Assembly (NCBI GenBank): GCA_029547805.1
Contig: JAKPOP010000015.1
Location: forward strand, 21,556-85,555
Origin: Deltaproteobacteria bacterium
GTDB lineage: Bacteria; Myxococcota_A; UBA9042; DTJE01
Length of the DNA stretch: 64,000 nt
Direction of reading: 5' to 3'
The stretch's first letter is position 1; each line of letters begins with the position of its first letter. Positions 1 through 9,732 of the stretch are shown one piece after another. Below the pieces are notes generated by a model. The model ran no database searches and had not been told where the DNA came from. It saw only the letters and a program-made list of their open reading frames with translations. A program made the position numbers and the translations under genes.

Positions 1-336
1 CCCCAGGAGCACCGGGTCCTCCGGCGTCGGGACCTCCTGCCCTCGATCCAGGGCCTCCAGGGCGGCCTGGAACCAGCGCCGGGCCTGCCGACATCGGTTT
101 CGAATGCCGCTGCGCATCTCGGCGGTCGCAGCCCGGGTGAAGGTCACCAGCAGGATCTCCCACGGCTGGACCCCCTCCGGTCGGTCGGGCCCCCGAGTCT
201 GGCCCGGGTCGATGACCATCCGGAGGAAGATCGAGGCGATGCTGTAGGTCTTCCCCGTCCCGGCGCTGGCCGCCAGGAGGGCATGGGACTGGTGAACGGG
301 CCCAGAGACGTCAAACGACGTGCGTCGTGCATTCAT
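1..336 (-). CDS. recB: RecB (exodeoxyribonuclease V beta subunit, UvrD-type helicase-nuclease), N-terminal fragment; the gene continues beyond the window start
   Basis: Hand translation of the minus strand from ATG 336..334 gives MNARRTSFDVSGPVHQSHALLAASAGTGKTYSIASIFLRMVIDPGQ... The Walker A motif AGTGKT sits at the position typical of RecB/AddA. There is an ATGA overlap with the recC stop. It is absent from the ORF track because it runs off the edge. Confidence 0.85.
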   Translation of the reverse strand, partial: MNARRTSFDVSGPVHQSHALLAASAGTGKTYSIASIFLRMVIDPGQTRGPDRPEGVQPWEILLVTFTRAATAEMRSGIRNRCRQARRWFQAALEALDRGQEVPTPEDPVLLG

Positions 337-3300
337 CGCGTCTTCCCCTCCGGATCGTCCTCGGTCTCCGATTCCTCCGTCAGAGGTTTCCGGGCGCGGA
401 GGATGGGCCCATAGACCTGGTGGGCGAGCCAGTCGGGGGCCCAGTCGTCGCGCATCCACTCGGGACGCTCGGGGCCCCAGGGATCGACCTCGCCGAAGAC
501 CCGTGCCACGTAGGGGTCCTCCAGGTCCCCCCTGGCCCCGTCACGGGCCGAATCGTGGTCCTGCGGAGCCCACTTCTTCGCGGCCTCCGTTCTGCCCTTC
601 GCATCGTCTCCGCCTGCGGATTGACGGGCATACTCGTAGGACGAGCGAGGAAACAGCGGCAGCGGCCCCATGGAGGCCTTCCGCCAGAGCACCAGGAGGG
701 ACCCGAGGGTGGCTCTCGCCTCTTCACAGGGCCGACCGTCGAAGCGGTAGCCTGCGACCGACTCCTGCGTCTCCGCGTCCTTCCACTTCATGGACTCCAG
801 TTGGAACAACCACGTCGGAGGCCCCTTGGGACGGCCCTCCATCGCCGAAACCGCCAGGTGCTGCAACCACAGCCGCAGCAGGATCCCGCCCCCCGCCTCC
901 CTGGGAGAGAGCACCAGGAGGCCCCGGTCGTGGAGTCCGGGAATCGCCCCGATGAGGCGGCACCGGGGCTGCTCGAAGACCAGGTCCACCTGGCAGCGCC
1001 TGGGCCGGGTCCTGCGGACCTCCCGCGCGGCCTCGTGGAGCAGCATCGCCCTGCGCCAGATCGCCGATGCGACCCGTCGCCCCGTGGTCCCCGAAGGAAT
1101 GTCCGCCTCGGCCTGCATTCGGGACAGGGCCCGTTCGAAATCGATCTCCTCGTCCTGAATCCAGCGAAGCAAACGCTCCAGCAGGTTCCAGTCGTCCACA
1201 TCCCCTTCGTCGATGGGGTCCATCTCGTCCCGGACCACCGAATCCAGGCTCAGTCCCGCCCGCAATCGGCGCTCCAGCAGATGGCGCGCCGGGTTGCGCA
1301 AGGCGATTTCAAGGTCCTTGATCGAGATCACCGGGATGTCCCCCGAAGCAGGTTCGCCCAGGGGTTCCGCGATGGAGGCGAAGGGCCTGGGGTCGCTCCG
1401 GGGGCCGACCAGGGCCCTGGCACCGGGAAGCATGCGTTGATCGAAGGATCGCCGGGAAGCATGCTCCAGCGCGGGGGAGAACTGATCAGGATGGAAGGGC
1501 TGCATCCGGTGATCGACGATCCATCGTCGTCGCTCCTCGTCCTGGTTTCCGTGAAACGTCTGGACCACCACGTCCAGCATCTCCTCGAGAGGCACGGGCA
1601 GCGGGCGAGGCTGGTTGTCCCGGACTCCCCGTCCGTTCCAGAAGACCCAGAATCGGTCCCGAGCGGACAGCAATGCCTCCAGCAGCAGGTGGCGGTCCTC
1701 GTCCCGAGGATTCCGGTCCCCGGGGGCCGGATGGCGCCCCAGGAGGTCGAAGGACGATCGATGGCCCTTTCGGGGGAAGGTCTCCTCGTCGAGCCCCAGC
1801 AGGGCCACCACCCGGAAGGGAATGGCCCGCATCGGGACCAGTCCCGAGAAGTTGATCCCCCCCTGGAGCAGTCCCTGGATCTGGACCCCTGATTCCAGCG
1901 AGGCCTCCAGGGCCGTCTGAAGGGCCCAGAGGTCGATGGGTCGGGCCGCCGCGGCGTTCGCCGTGCTGCCGGGCCCGAGTCCCGCCAGGGCCTCGAGCAC
2001 CCGATGCCACAGGAAGGCCCGGGTCTCGGAGATCCGGACCACCCGGGGCACCTCTCGGGACAGGTCCTCAAACCACCGGTCAGGGGAACGGGCGGTCCGT
2101 TCCGGGGTACAGGAGAGGTGGAACGGCGCCCCCCGGATCACCGCACAGACCTCCCGCAGGGTCCCGAAGAACCGGGCGAACCGCCCCACGCGTCGGAGGT
2201 CCTCGGGGTCTTCCAGCAGGTGAGGCGCCACGCCATGCATCGGGTCGGGAGCCGCGAAGGGCGATGCCGCGGCCCCGAACACCAGGCGATCGATCCCGAA
2301 CTCCCAGGTATGGCGCCGGCTCGCCGGGAGGTCCTCGGCGGCCCGGTGGCCCTCGTCCACCCCATGCCGGACCCCGGCCTCTTCCAGCAGCGCCGCCAGT
2401 CGATCGATGTCTTCCTGGCTCAAGTCGGCCTGCTCCCGGACCGGGTCCAGCGCCAGGAAGTCCAGCACCTCGCCCGCCCGGAAGCGTCCTCGGGCCAGTT
2501 CCAGCAACCGCATCAACGCATGGGCCACCGGGTTGGCGTCCCGAGGCCGACGGTCGGCGATCCCGACCGGGAGGGCCGGCAGCCCGGGCCCCGGGTTCCG
2601 GGCCCGGAGGCGTCCCCGGTCGTCCCGCACCAGACCGAAGACCGCCTGGATCAGCGGCGCCGTGGCCTCCACGTCGGCGCACATCACCAGGAAGTCCCGA
2701 GGTTGCAGCGTCGGGTCTTCCTCGAGGGCCGCCAGGACCTGATCCCTCAGGGCCTGGACCTGGCGGGCCAGGGTGTGGGTCGAGTGGAAGACGATGGATC
2801 CGTCGGGCTCCACCGGGGCATCGGGAGGCGACTCCAGGACCCCGTTCAGCATCTGTTGCTGGAGGATCCGCAACTGGGAGGTCTTGCCGTCCGGGGACGG
2901 GACCGGGTCCTCGCAGAGGTCCTCCGGGACGTCGCCCAGACGCTCCGCCAGCAACCGATTGAAGTCGATCCACATCCCGCCGAAGGACTGGACCAGGGGA
3001 TGGCCCGCATGGAGGTCCTCGTCCGACGCCGAGGGGTCCTCCCGGCGCAGGCGATGAACCTGGCGGGCCTTCGGGATGTCCCCCAGAAAGCCCCGGGTGC
3101 AGGTCAGAAGGTCCAGGCGCACCGTGATGTCGTCACGGCATCCCAGGGCAAAGAAGACGTCCAGGAAGGCCGGCGGCAAGGCCGAGATCCCGAACAGGGA
3201 CAGGCGGTTCGGCAGGCCGACGATGGGTCGCGGGTCTTCGAGGCGCCGGCACCCCTCCGGCAGCCTGGCCAGCGGATGGGGGCCCAGGCGCCTCTCCATC

Positions 3301-3872
3301 GCCTGCCAGAGGACCCGTTGCCACCGGGCACGGGCCCCCGCCTCGTCCACGGGATCCGGGCTTCCGGGCACCCGGAGCGGCTCGTCCCGGGACCAGGATC
3401 GCGCCCACTGGGGACGATAGGCCGCCACCTCGTCCAGCAGATTGGCCGCCATCCGGGCCAGGCGGTATTCCTCCCGCCGGACCTCGGTCCCCAGGGCCTC
3501 CATGCCCTCGAGGTACCGGGCCAGGTCCTGGAACTCGGGCACGCGGCGCAGGGCGGGGAACTCCTCCAGGATGGTCCAGGTCAGGGAGTCCGGGTCCCAG
3601 GGGTCGGCCACGTCCAGGTCGGGGTCGAAGGCCGAGTCCTCCAGGGCGCTTCGAAGCAGGGCCCGGACGATGCGCGCCGGAAAGGCATGGCGCACCTGGG
3701 CCGAGATGCCCGCGACCATCGCCAGATGATCCGCCAGGAACCGCTCCATGCCGCGGCTGGGGACCACGACCCACAGAGGCGCCATGGGGTCCTTCGGGGG
3801 ATCCCGGGCCAGGGTCCGGGCCAGATCCTCCGCCAGCCGCTCCATCCGGTTGCTCGAATGCACCTCGATCAT
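333..3872 (-). CDS. recC: RecC (exodeoxyribonuclease V gamma subunit)
   Basis: The 1199-aa ORF is 333..3932. The N-terminus from the internal Met (3872) reads MIEVHSSNRMERLAEDLARTL...PLWVVVPSRGMERFLADHLA, matching the conserved RecC N-terminus (SNRLE...vvV.s.gm..WL). The size (~1180 aa) and the position directly upstream of recB also fit. The start could instead be 3932. Confidence 0.88.
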   Translation of the reverse strand: MIEVHSSNRMERLAEDLARTLARDPPKDPMAPLWVVVPSRGMERFLADHLAMVAGISAQVRHAFPARIVRALLRSALEDSAFDPDLDVADPWDPDSLTWTILEEFPALRRVPEFQDLARYLEGMEALGTEVRREEYRLARMAANLLDEVAAYRPQWARSWSRDEPLRVPGSPDPVDEAGARARWQRVLWQAMERRLGPHPLARLPEGCRRLEDPRPIVGLPNRLSLFGISALPPAFLDVFFALGCRDDITVRLDLLTCTRGFLGDIPKARQVHRLRREDPSASDEDLHAGHPLVQSFGGMWIDFNRLLAERLGDVPEDLCEDPVPSPDGKTSQLRILQQQMLNGVLESPPDAPVEPDGSIVFHSTHTLARQVQALRDQVLAALEEDPTLQPRDFLVMCADVEATAPLIQAVFGLVRDDRGRLRARNPGPGLPALPVGIADRRPRDANPVAHALMRLLELARGRFRAGEVLDFLALDPVREQADLSQEDIDRLAALLEEAGVRHGVDEGHRAAEDLPASRRHTWEFGIDRLVFGAAASPFAAPDPMHGVAPHLLEDPEDLRRVGRFARFFGTLREVCAVIRGAPFHLSCTPERTARSPDRWFEDLSREVPRVVRISETRAFLWHRVLEALAGLGPGSTANAAAARPIDLWALQTALEASLESGVQIQGLLQGGINFSGLVPMRAIPFRVVALLGLDEETFPRKGHRSSFDLLGRHPAPGDRNPRDEDRHLLLEALLSARDRFWVFWNGRGVRDNQPRPLPVPLEEMLDVVVQTFHGNQDEERRRWIVDHRMQPFHPDQFSPALEHASRRSFDQRMLPGARALVGPRSDPRPFASIAEPLGEPASGDIPVISIKDLEIALRNPARHLLERRLRAGLSLDSVVRDEMDPIDEGDVDDWNLLERLLRWIQDEEIDFERALSRMQAEADIPSGTTGRRVASAIWRRAMLLHEAAREVRRTRPRRCQVDLVFEQPRCRLIGAIPGLHDRGLLVLSPREAGGGILLRLWLQHLAVSAMEGRPKGPPTWLFQLESMKWKDAETQESVAGYRFDGRPCEEARATLGSLLVLWRKASMGPLPLFPRSSYEYARQSAGGDDAKGRTEAAKKWAPQDHDSARDGARGDLEDPYVARVFGEVDPWGPERPEWMRDDWAPDWLAHQVYGPILRARKPLTEESETEDDPEGKTR

Positions 3873-4232
3873 CGTGCCCCCTCGATCCGCAGAAGCGTTG
3901 CCTCGACGTCCTTGGGAACGGCCTCCTGCCATCCGTGTGACCCGCGTGCAGGCAAGCCTACCATCCGGGTGGGACAGGGGTCATCATCGCCGACGGACCC
4001 GGATGCGCTCCCTGGTGCAGGGAGATTCCCGCCTGGACCTCGATGGAGGCATGTTCCCCGTCCAGAGCCGTCCATCGGCCTTCCCCATGGAAGGCCCGCC
4101 GGAAGGAGACCGATGGAACGGTGGTCGCGAACCGGCGTGGGATGGACAACGCCCCACGGAATCCTGCGCTAGGATCAGGTCCGGGCACGGAGGTTGCTAA
4201 TGGGCGAAGGGGCCCAGAAGGGAGAAACGGAC

Positions 4233-4901
4233 ATGGGATCGCCAGGGACATGGCCGGAGCGATTCCCGCTGCCCTGTCTCTCGGTCCGGTGGCAGGACCT
4301 GCGCAACGGCGTGCCGCCGGTTCCCTTTCCCATCCTGGTGGAGTGCCGCCTGGAGGGATTCCGTGGAAGCCCGGAGGACCTGGCGACGCTGCTGCGATCG
4401 CTGCCTCCGACCATCGCCACCTGCCACCACCCCGCCGGGGGAAAGGACCCGGCGACGCTGCTCCAGTGGGCCCTGGAGGCCGGCGCCGGGGCGGTGGACC
4501 TGGACCTCCAGGCGCCGGACGAGACGGTCCGGAAGGTCCTGCCCCTGGCCCGGGCGATCGGGGCCCGGGTGATCCGATCGGTCCATCGCTTCGAGGACAC
4601 TCCGCCCATCGAGGTGCTTCGGAGGCTCGCACGGGCATGCTTCGACGCCGGAGCGGAGATCGCCAAGGTCGTGACGATGGCCCAGAGCCCCGAAGACGGG
4701 TTGCGCATCCTGGACCTGTACCAGGACGCGCCCCGTCCCCTGGTGGCCTTCTGCATGGGCGAGGCCGGGCGGGAGAGCCGGTTCGGATCGGTGCGGCGGG
4801 GAGCCCCCTGGCTCTACTGCACGCTGCGCCCCGATGCGCCCACGGCCCCGGGGCAGCCGACCCTGGAAGAGGCGGCCCGGGCTCTGGGCATGGGGGACTA
4901 G
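4233..4901 (+). CDS. aroD: 3-dehydroquinate dehydratase, type I
   Basis: The ORF is 4194..4901. AroD-I-like features include VECRLEGF, DLDLQ, HRFEDTP, AKVVTMA and FCMGEAGRESR. It is the first gene of a shikimate operon. I chose the start at ATG 4233 (GGAG ~9 nt upstream); 4194 and 4200 are also possible. Confidence 0.82.
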   Translation: MGSPGTWPERFPLPCLSVRWQDLRNGVPPVPFPILVECRLEGFRGSPEDLATLLRSLPPTIATCHHPAGGKDPATLLQWALEAGAGAVDLDLQAPDETVRKVLPLARAIGARVIRSVHRFEDTPPIEVLRRLARACFDAGAEIAKVVTMAQSPEDGLRILDLYQDAPRPLVAFCMGEAGRESRFGSVRRGAPWLYCTLRPDAPTAPGQPTLEEAARALGMGD

Positions 4902-4902
4902 G

Positions 4903-6216
4903 ATGGGTCTTCACATCGTCGGGGTCGTTGGCAATCCCGTTGGACACAGCATCAGCCCAACCCTGCATCGCCACTGGATCCGGCTCCTGGGCCTCCCGGC
5001 GACCTACCTCGCGGTCCACGGCCGGGACCTCGCCTCCATCAGCCGCCTGTGGACCGGGGTCCCCTTCCGGGGCCTCAACGTCACGCGCCCCTTCAAGGAG
5101 GCCCTGGTTGCCCTGGCCGACGACCTGGAGCCGACGGCCCGTCGCATCGGGGCGGTGAACACCCTCTGGCGTCTGGAAGCCGGGGCCACCCATTGCATCG
5201 GGGCCAATACCGACCCGGATGGCGTCCAGGGAGCCCTTGCATCCACCGGGGTTCCCTGGGAGGGACGACCGGCCCTGGTGCTGGGCGCCGGGGGAGCCGC
5301 CCGGGGAGCCGTGGCGGCCCTGACCGATGCCCGGTGCCCGGTTCATGTGCTCAATCGCACGGTCGATCGGGCGAAGGATCTGGCCCGGGACCTCGGGGTG
5401 GGCTTCGGCCCCCTGGAGGACCTCCCCCGATGGCTTCCCCACGTGGGCGTCGTGGTATCGACGCTGCCCCGGGATGCCGTTGACGCCCTCGGAGATCCCG
5501 GTCCGATGGCCCCGGGGACGGTGGTGCTGGAGGCCGACTATGCCGGGGAAGCCCCCTCTCCCCTCGCCTCCCGGGGAGGAACGGTGATGGCCTCGCCCCG
5601 AGAGTGGCTGCTTCACCAGGGTGCCTCGGCCTTCCAGCGGTTCTTCGACCTTCCTCCGGCGCTGGAAGACGGTCGAACGGCCCTCTGGGCCGCCGCGCCG
5701 AGACCCCGACGGATCGCCCTGGTGGGGTTCATGGGTGCTGGCAAGACGACCCTGGCCCCTCAGGTCGCCCGACTCCTGGGGTGGTCCTCGGTGGACCTGG
5801 ACCAGGAGGTCGCGGACCGCCTGGGCATGTCGATCCCCGAGGTCTTGCGGCATCACGGCGAGGAGGTCTTCCGACAGGCCGAGGAGGACATGCTCCGGTC
5901 CCTGGCCCACCGGGATCGGATCGTGGTGGCCTGTGGGGGCGGTACACCGCTGCGCCCCGGTTCCCGGGCCGTCTTGAGAGGGGCCTTCTGGACGGTCTGG
6001 GTCTTCGTGACGCTGCCGGGTGCCCGGGAGCGCCTGGTCCGGGACGGCGGGGAGCGGCCCCTCTGGAAGGACGAGTCCCCGGCGGTCCAGGAGGCCCTCT
6101 GGACCGCTCGACGCGATGCCTGTGCCCAGGTGTCGGACCTGCTGGTGGACGGGGAAGGGGTGTCCCCGGAGATGCTGGCCCAGGAGATCGCCGATGAAGC
6201 GCGTGTGGCCCTCTGA
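4903..6216 (+). CDS. aroE/aroK: Bifunctional shikimate dehydrogenase (N-terminal) / shikimate kinase (C-terminal) fusion
   Basis: The N-terminus MGLHIVGVVGNPVGHSISPTLHRHW...GLNVTRPFKE...GANTDPDG...VLGAGGAARG is AroE-like. The C-terminus RRIALVGFMGAGKTTLAPQVARLLGWSSVDLDQEV...GEEVFRQAEEDML..ACGGG is AroK-like. ATG 4903 lies 1 nt after the aroD stop. Confidence 0.9.
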   Translation: MGLHIVGVVGNPVGHSISPTLHRHWIRLLGLPATYLAVHGRDLASISRLWTGVPFRGLNVTRPFKEALVALADDLEPTARRIGAVNTLWRLEAGATHCIGANTDPDGVQGALASTGVPWEGRPALVLGAGGAARGAVAALTDARCPVHVLNRTVDRAKDLARDLGVGFGPLEDLPRWLPHVGVVVSTLPRDAVDALGDPGPMAPGTVVLEADYAGEAPSPLASRGGTVMASPREWLLHQGASAFQRFFDLPPALEDGRTALWAAAPRPRRIALVGFMGAGKTTLAPQVARLLGWSSVDLDQEVADRLGMSIPEVLRHHGEEVFRQAEEDMLRSLAHRDRIVVACGGGTPLRPGSRAVLRGAFWTVWVFVTLPGARERLVRDGGERPLWKDESPAVQEALWTARRDACAQVSDLLVDGEGVSPEMLAQEIADEARVAL

Positions 6217-7450
6217 GGTCCGGGGCACGCTCCGGGCCCCGGCATCGAAGAGCATGGTGCAACGATGCATCGCCCTGGGGACCCTGTCGGAGGGGGTCAC
6301 CACGGTGGCGGGGGCGACGGAGTGCGACGACGTCCTGGCGGCCATCGCAGCCGCCCGGGGCCTCGGGGCACAGGTGTCCTGGGCCAGGGACGAGTTCCGG
6401 ATCCGGGGCCCCGAGGTCCTCCGGGCCGGGGACCTCCCGTGCGGAGAGTCGGGCCTCTGCCTGCGATCCTTCGCCCCCATCGCGGCCCTCGCCGATGGAT
6501 GGTCCACGCTTCGGGCCTCCGGGTCCCTGGCCCGCCGACCGGTGGGGATGATCGTGGAGCCTCTCGAAGCCCTCGGTGCCGCGTGCCGCACCGGCGGAGG
6601 CCTCCCGCCGGTGGAGGTTCGGGGTCCCCTGGCCGGCGGGAGGGCCGTTCTGGACGCGACCGTCACCTCCCAGGTCCTGACGGGGCTCCTGCTGGCCCTG
6701 CCCCGGGCGCCCGGGGACAGCGAGGTCGTCGTTCAGGGCCTCACGAGCCGCCCCTACGTCGAGATGACCCTGGACCTGCTCCGGCAGGCCGGGGCCCGAA
6801 TCGAGGCAGCACTGGACCGGACCTGGTTCCGCATCCCCGGCCACCAGCGACTGGTCGGCCGACATTGGACCGCCGAGGGAGATTTCAGCGGCGCCGCCTT
6901 CCTGCTGGTTGCGGGGGCCCTGGGCGGGGAGGTGACCGTGGAGGGCCTATCGGCGGCGTCCCGACAGGCGGACCGCCGGATCCTGGAGGCCCTGGAGGCA
7001 GCCGGCGCTTCCGTTGAGACGGGCCCCGACCGCGTCGTCTGCCGATCCAGGGTGCTGCATCCCTTCGAGTTCGACTGCACCGACTGCCCGGACCTGGTGC
7101 CGCCACTGGCGGCCCTGGCCGCGGCGATTCCCGGCCCAAGCCGCCTCCGGGGGTCCTTCCGGCTCCGGCACAAGGAGAGCGACCGATCCGCGACCCTCCG
7201 GGCAGCCTTCACGGCGATGGGCATCACCGCCGAGGACGACGGCGAGTCCCTCCGGGTCTTCGGCGGCCGTCCCCGGACCGGGGTCCTGGAGGCGGCCTCG
7301 GACCATCGAATCGCCATGGCTGGAGCCGTCGCGGCCCTCAGGGCCACGGGTCCCGTGACGATCCGGGGCGCCGAGTGCGTGTCGAAGTCCTATCCCGCTT
7401 TCTTCCAGGACCTCGCCCACCTGGGCGTGCGGGTCGAGGAGGCCCCATGA
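6194..7450 (+). CDS. aroA: 3-phosphoshikimate 1-carboxyvinyltransferase (EPSP synthase)
   Basis: MKRVWPSEVRGTLRAPASKSMVQRCIALG...; the motifs LARRPVGMIVEPL, RHKESDR and DHRIAMA are typical EPSPS signatures. The start at ATG 6194 overlaps the aroE/K end by 23 nt. Confidence 0.92.
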   Translation: MKRVWPSEVRGTLRAPASKSMVQRCIALGTLSEGVTTVAGATECDDVLAAIAAARGLGAQVSWARDEFRIRGPEVLRAGDLPCGESGLCLRSFAPIAALADGWSTLRASGSLARRPVGMIVEPLEALGAACRTGGGLPPVEVRGPLAGGRAVLDATVTSQVLTGLLLALPRAPGDSEVVVQGLTSRPYVEMTLDLLRQAGARIEAALDRTWFRIPGHQRLVGRHWTAEGDFSGAAFLLVAGALGGEVTVEGLSAASRQADRRILEALEAAGASVETGPDRVVCRSRVLHPFEFDCTDCPDLVPPLAALAAAIPGPSRLRGSFRLRHKESDRSATLRAAFTAMGITAEDDGESLRVFGGRPRTGVLEAASDHRIAMAGAVAALRATGPVTIRGAECVSKSYPAFFQDLAHLGVRVEEAP

Positions 7451-9732
7451 ACACCTTCGGCCGGGTCTTTCGGGTCACGATCTTCGGCGAGTCCCACGGC
7501 CCGGGCATCGGCGTCGTCGTCCAGGGATGCCCGCCAGGGATGCCCCTGTCGCCTGAGGACTTCGAGCCGGACCTGGCCCGGCGACGACCCGGCGCCCCCG
7601 GCACCACCGGGAGACGGGAACGGGACGCCGTGGACATCCTCTCGGGGGTCTTCCAGGGACGGACCACCGGGGCCCCGATCACCCTCTACGTCCCGAACCA
7701 GGACGTCCGGTCGGGCGATTATCCGCCCGATGCCCCGCCCCGTCCCGGCCATGGGGATCGGTCCCTCCAGGTGAAGTGGAGCGGTTTCCAGGACCCCCGG
7801 GGCGGGGGAACCGCCTCGGGACGCCTCACGGTGGGACTGGTCCTGGCGGGAACCCTGGCCCGGCGCCTGTTGCCTGGGGTCACCTTCGCGTCCCGGGTGA
7901 TTGAGGTGGGGGGGCGGACCGACATCGATGCAGCGGTGGCCGAGGCCCAGGCAGAAGGGGACTCGATCGGGGGCGTCGTGGAGTGCTCGGTGGCCGGTCT
8001 CCCGGCAGGACTGGGGGAGCCATGGTTCGATGCAGCGGAGTCCCTGATCGCCCACGTGGCCTTCGCGATCCCCGCCATCAAGGCCATCGAGTTCGGCAGC
8101 GGATTTCGGGCTGCGAGGATGCGGGGAAGCCAGCACAACGACCCCTTTGTGGGCCCCGACGGCCACCTGGCCACCCAACACGCCGGCGGCGTGCTCGGCG
8201 GCATCACGACCGGGGACCCGCTGACCTTCCGGGTCGCCGTGAAGCCCGCCGCCAGCATTGCGAGACCCCAGCGCACCTGGGACTTCCAGCGCGGCCAGAT
8301 GGTGACTCTGCGCATCGAGGGCCGGCATGACGCCTGCATCGCCCTGCGGGTTCCGGTGGTGCTGGAGGCTGCCGCGGCGATCGTGCTGGCGGACCTCCAG
8401 GCCATCCGCCAGACGGAAGCCCCGTTCAAGCCCGCTCGCCCGGCCGTGCGAAATGACACGCCGCCCCCGGAGGCGCCCCCGGAACCTGCGACGCCGAATC
8501 CCCCGATGGTGCCGCCTCCTCCGAGGGCCGACGACTCTGGCACGACCGTTGCTGAGATGCGTACCGGGCCCGCAGGGGAACCGCACATGACCATTCCTCG
8601 GGAGATCGACGACAACATCGAGTCCCTCCTTGGGCGCATCGACCAGGTGAACCTGCGATTGCTGGAGGACCTGTCGGAACGGGGACGCCTGGTCCAGGAG
8701 ATGCAGCGCCTGAAGGCCGCCTGGGACATCCCGATGCACAGCCCCGGTCGGGAGATGGCCATCCTGGAGGACCTGGTGGCCCAGAACCAGGGACCGTTCA
8801 GCGAAGCCACGATTCGCCACCTGTTCCGGGAGATCCTCCGGGCCTCCCTGGCCCTGATGGAGGAGCACGATCAGGACTCTCTCCGGGTCACCCGGCGCCC
8901 CGGGCAGCCCGACCGGGTGATTCCCGTCGGGTCCTGCACGATCGGCGAGGCCCCGGTCGTGATCGCCGGTCCCTGTTCGGTGGAAGGTGCAGAGCAGATG
9001 GACCTGGTGGCCTTCCACCTGAAACGCCTAGGGGTTCGATTCCTCCGGGGCGGGGCCTTCAAGCCCCGGACCTCTCCCTACGATTTCCAGGGTCTGGGCG
9101 AGGAGGGGTTGCGGCTGCTCCAGGAGGCCGGATGGCGCCACGGCCTGGCGACGGTCTCCGAGGTGGTGGACACGCGTCACGTGGAACTGGCGGCCCGATA
9201 TGTCGACGTGCTGCAGATCGGCAGCCGGAACATGTCCAACTACGAGCTGCTGAAGGTTGCGGCCGGCACCGGGCGACCCGTGCTGCTGAAACGGGGCTTT
9301 GCGGCGACCCTGGATGAATTCCTCCATGCGGCGGAGTACCTGGCCCAGGCCGGCAACCAGGACATCCTGCTCTGCGAGCGGGGAATCCGGTCCTTCGAGC
9401 GGGAGACCCGCTTCACGCTGGACATCTCGGCGGTGCCCCTGCTGCGACAGAGGACGCCGCTGCCGGTGCTGGTGGACGTGAGCCATGCCGCGGGGCGCCG
9501 GGACATCCTGATTCCGTTGGCCCGGGCGGCCCTGGCCGCCGGCGCCCAGGGCGTCATGGTCGAGGTGCACCCGGTGCCCCACCTGGCCCGGTCCGACGCC
9601 CAGCAACAACTGGATCTCCAGGAGTTCGATGCGTTCCTGAAGGCCCTGGCGGACCTCCTTCCCTCAGGGGCAACCCTGCCCGAGGTGCCTGCCAAGGACC
9701 TTCCATTGCCCGATCCCCAGGAATCGCCATGA
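7447..9732 (+). CDS. aroC: Single open frame encoding chorismate synthase, a Pro-rich linker, chorismate mutase and DAHP synthase (class I-beta, AroA(G)/KdsA-like)
   Basis: Chorismate synthase: MNTFGRVFRVTIFGESHGPGIGVVVQGCPPGM...GRHDACIALR. The linker is KPARPAVRNDTPPPEAPPEPATPNPPMVPPPPR. The CM-like helix region is IDQVNLRLLEDLSERGRLVQEMQRLK. DAHPS: VIAGPCSVEG...FLRGGAFKPRTSPYDFQGLGEEGL...LQIGSRNM...LLKRG...LCERGIR...VDVSHAAG. No in-frame stop occurs between the domains. There is an ATGA overlap with the aroA stop. Internal ATGs at 8557 and 8587 could also initiate a separate CM-DAHPS product. Confidence 0.85.
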   Translation: MNTFGRVFRVTIFGESHGPGIGVVVQGCPPGMPLSPEDFEPDLARRRPGAPGTTGRRERDAVDILSGVFQGRTTGAPITLYVPNQDVRSGDYPPDAPPRPGHGDRSLQVKWSGFQDPRGGGTASGRLTVGLVLAGTLARRLLPGVTFASRVIEVGGRTDIDAAVAEAQAEGDSIGGVVECSVAGLPAGLGEPWFDAAESLIAHVAFAIPAIKAIEFGSGFRAARMRGSQHNDPFVGPDGHLATQHAGGVLGGITTGDPLTFRVAVKPAASIARPQRTWDFQRGQMVTLRIEGRHDACIALRVPVVLEAAAAIVLADLQAIRQTEAPFKPARPAVRNDTPPPEAPPEPATPNPPMVPPPPRADDSGTTVAEMRTGPAGEPHMTIPREIDDNIESLLGRIDQVNLRLLEDLSERGRLVQEMQRLKAAWDIPMHSPGREMAILEDLVAQNQGPFSEATIRHLFREILRASLALMEEHDQDSLRVTRRPGQPDRVIPVGSCTIGEAPVVIAGPCSVEGAEQMDLVAFHLKRLGVRFLRGGAFKPRTSPYDFQGLGEEGLRLLQEAGWRHGLATVSEVVDTRHVELAARYVDVLQIGSRNMSNYELLKVAAGTGRPVLLKRGFAATLDEFLHAAEYLAQAGNQDILLCERGIRSFERETRFTLDISAVPLLRQRTPLPVLVDVSHAAGRRDILIPLARAALAAGAQGVMVEVHPVPHLARSDAQQQLDLQEFDAFLKALADLLPSGATLPEVPAKDLPLPDPQESP

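Noticed and set aside
2004-4172. A 722-aa plus-strand ORF antisense to recC, together with the many other 100-300-aa ORFs across 300..4200.
   Set aside because: Its Arg/Pro/Gly-rich, low-complexity translation is typical of shadow frames in ~70% G+C DNA. It lies fully opposite a well-supported RecC gene. No motifs were found.
3958-6666. A 902-aa minus-strand ORF opposite aroD, aroE/K and aroA.
   Set aside because: It is a shadow ORF of the high-G+C shikimate operon. Its composition is dominated by R/P/G/A and it has no recognisable domain.
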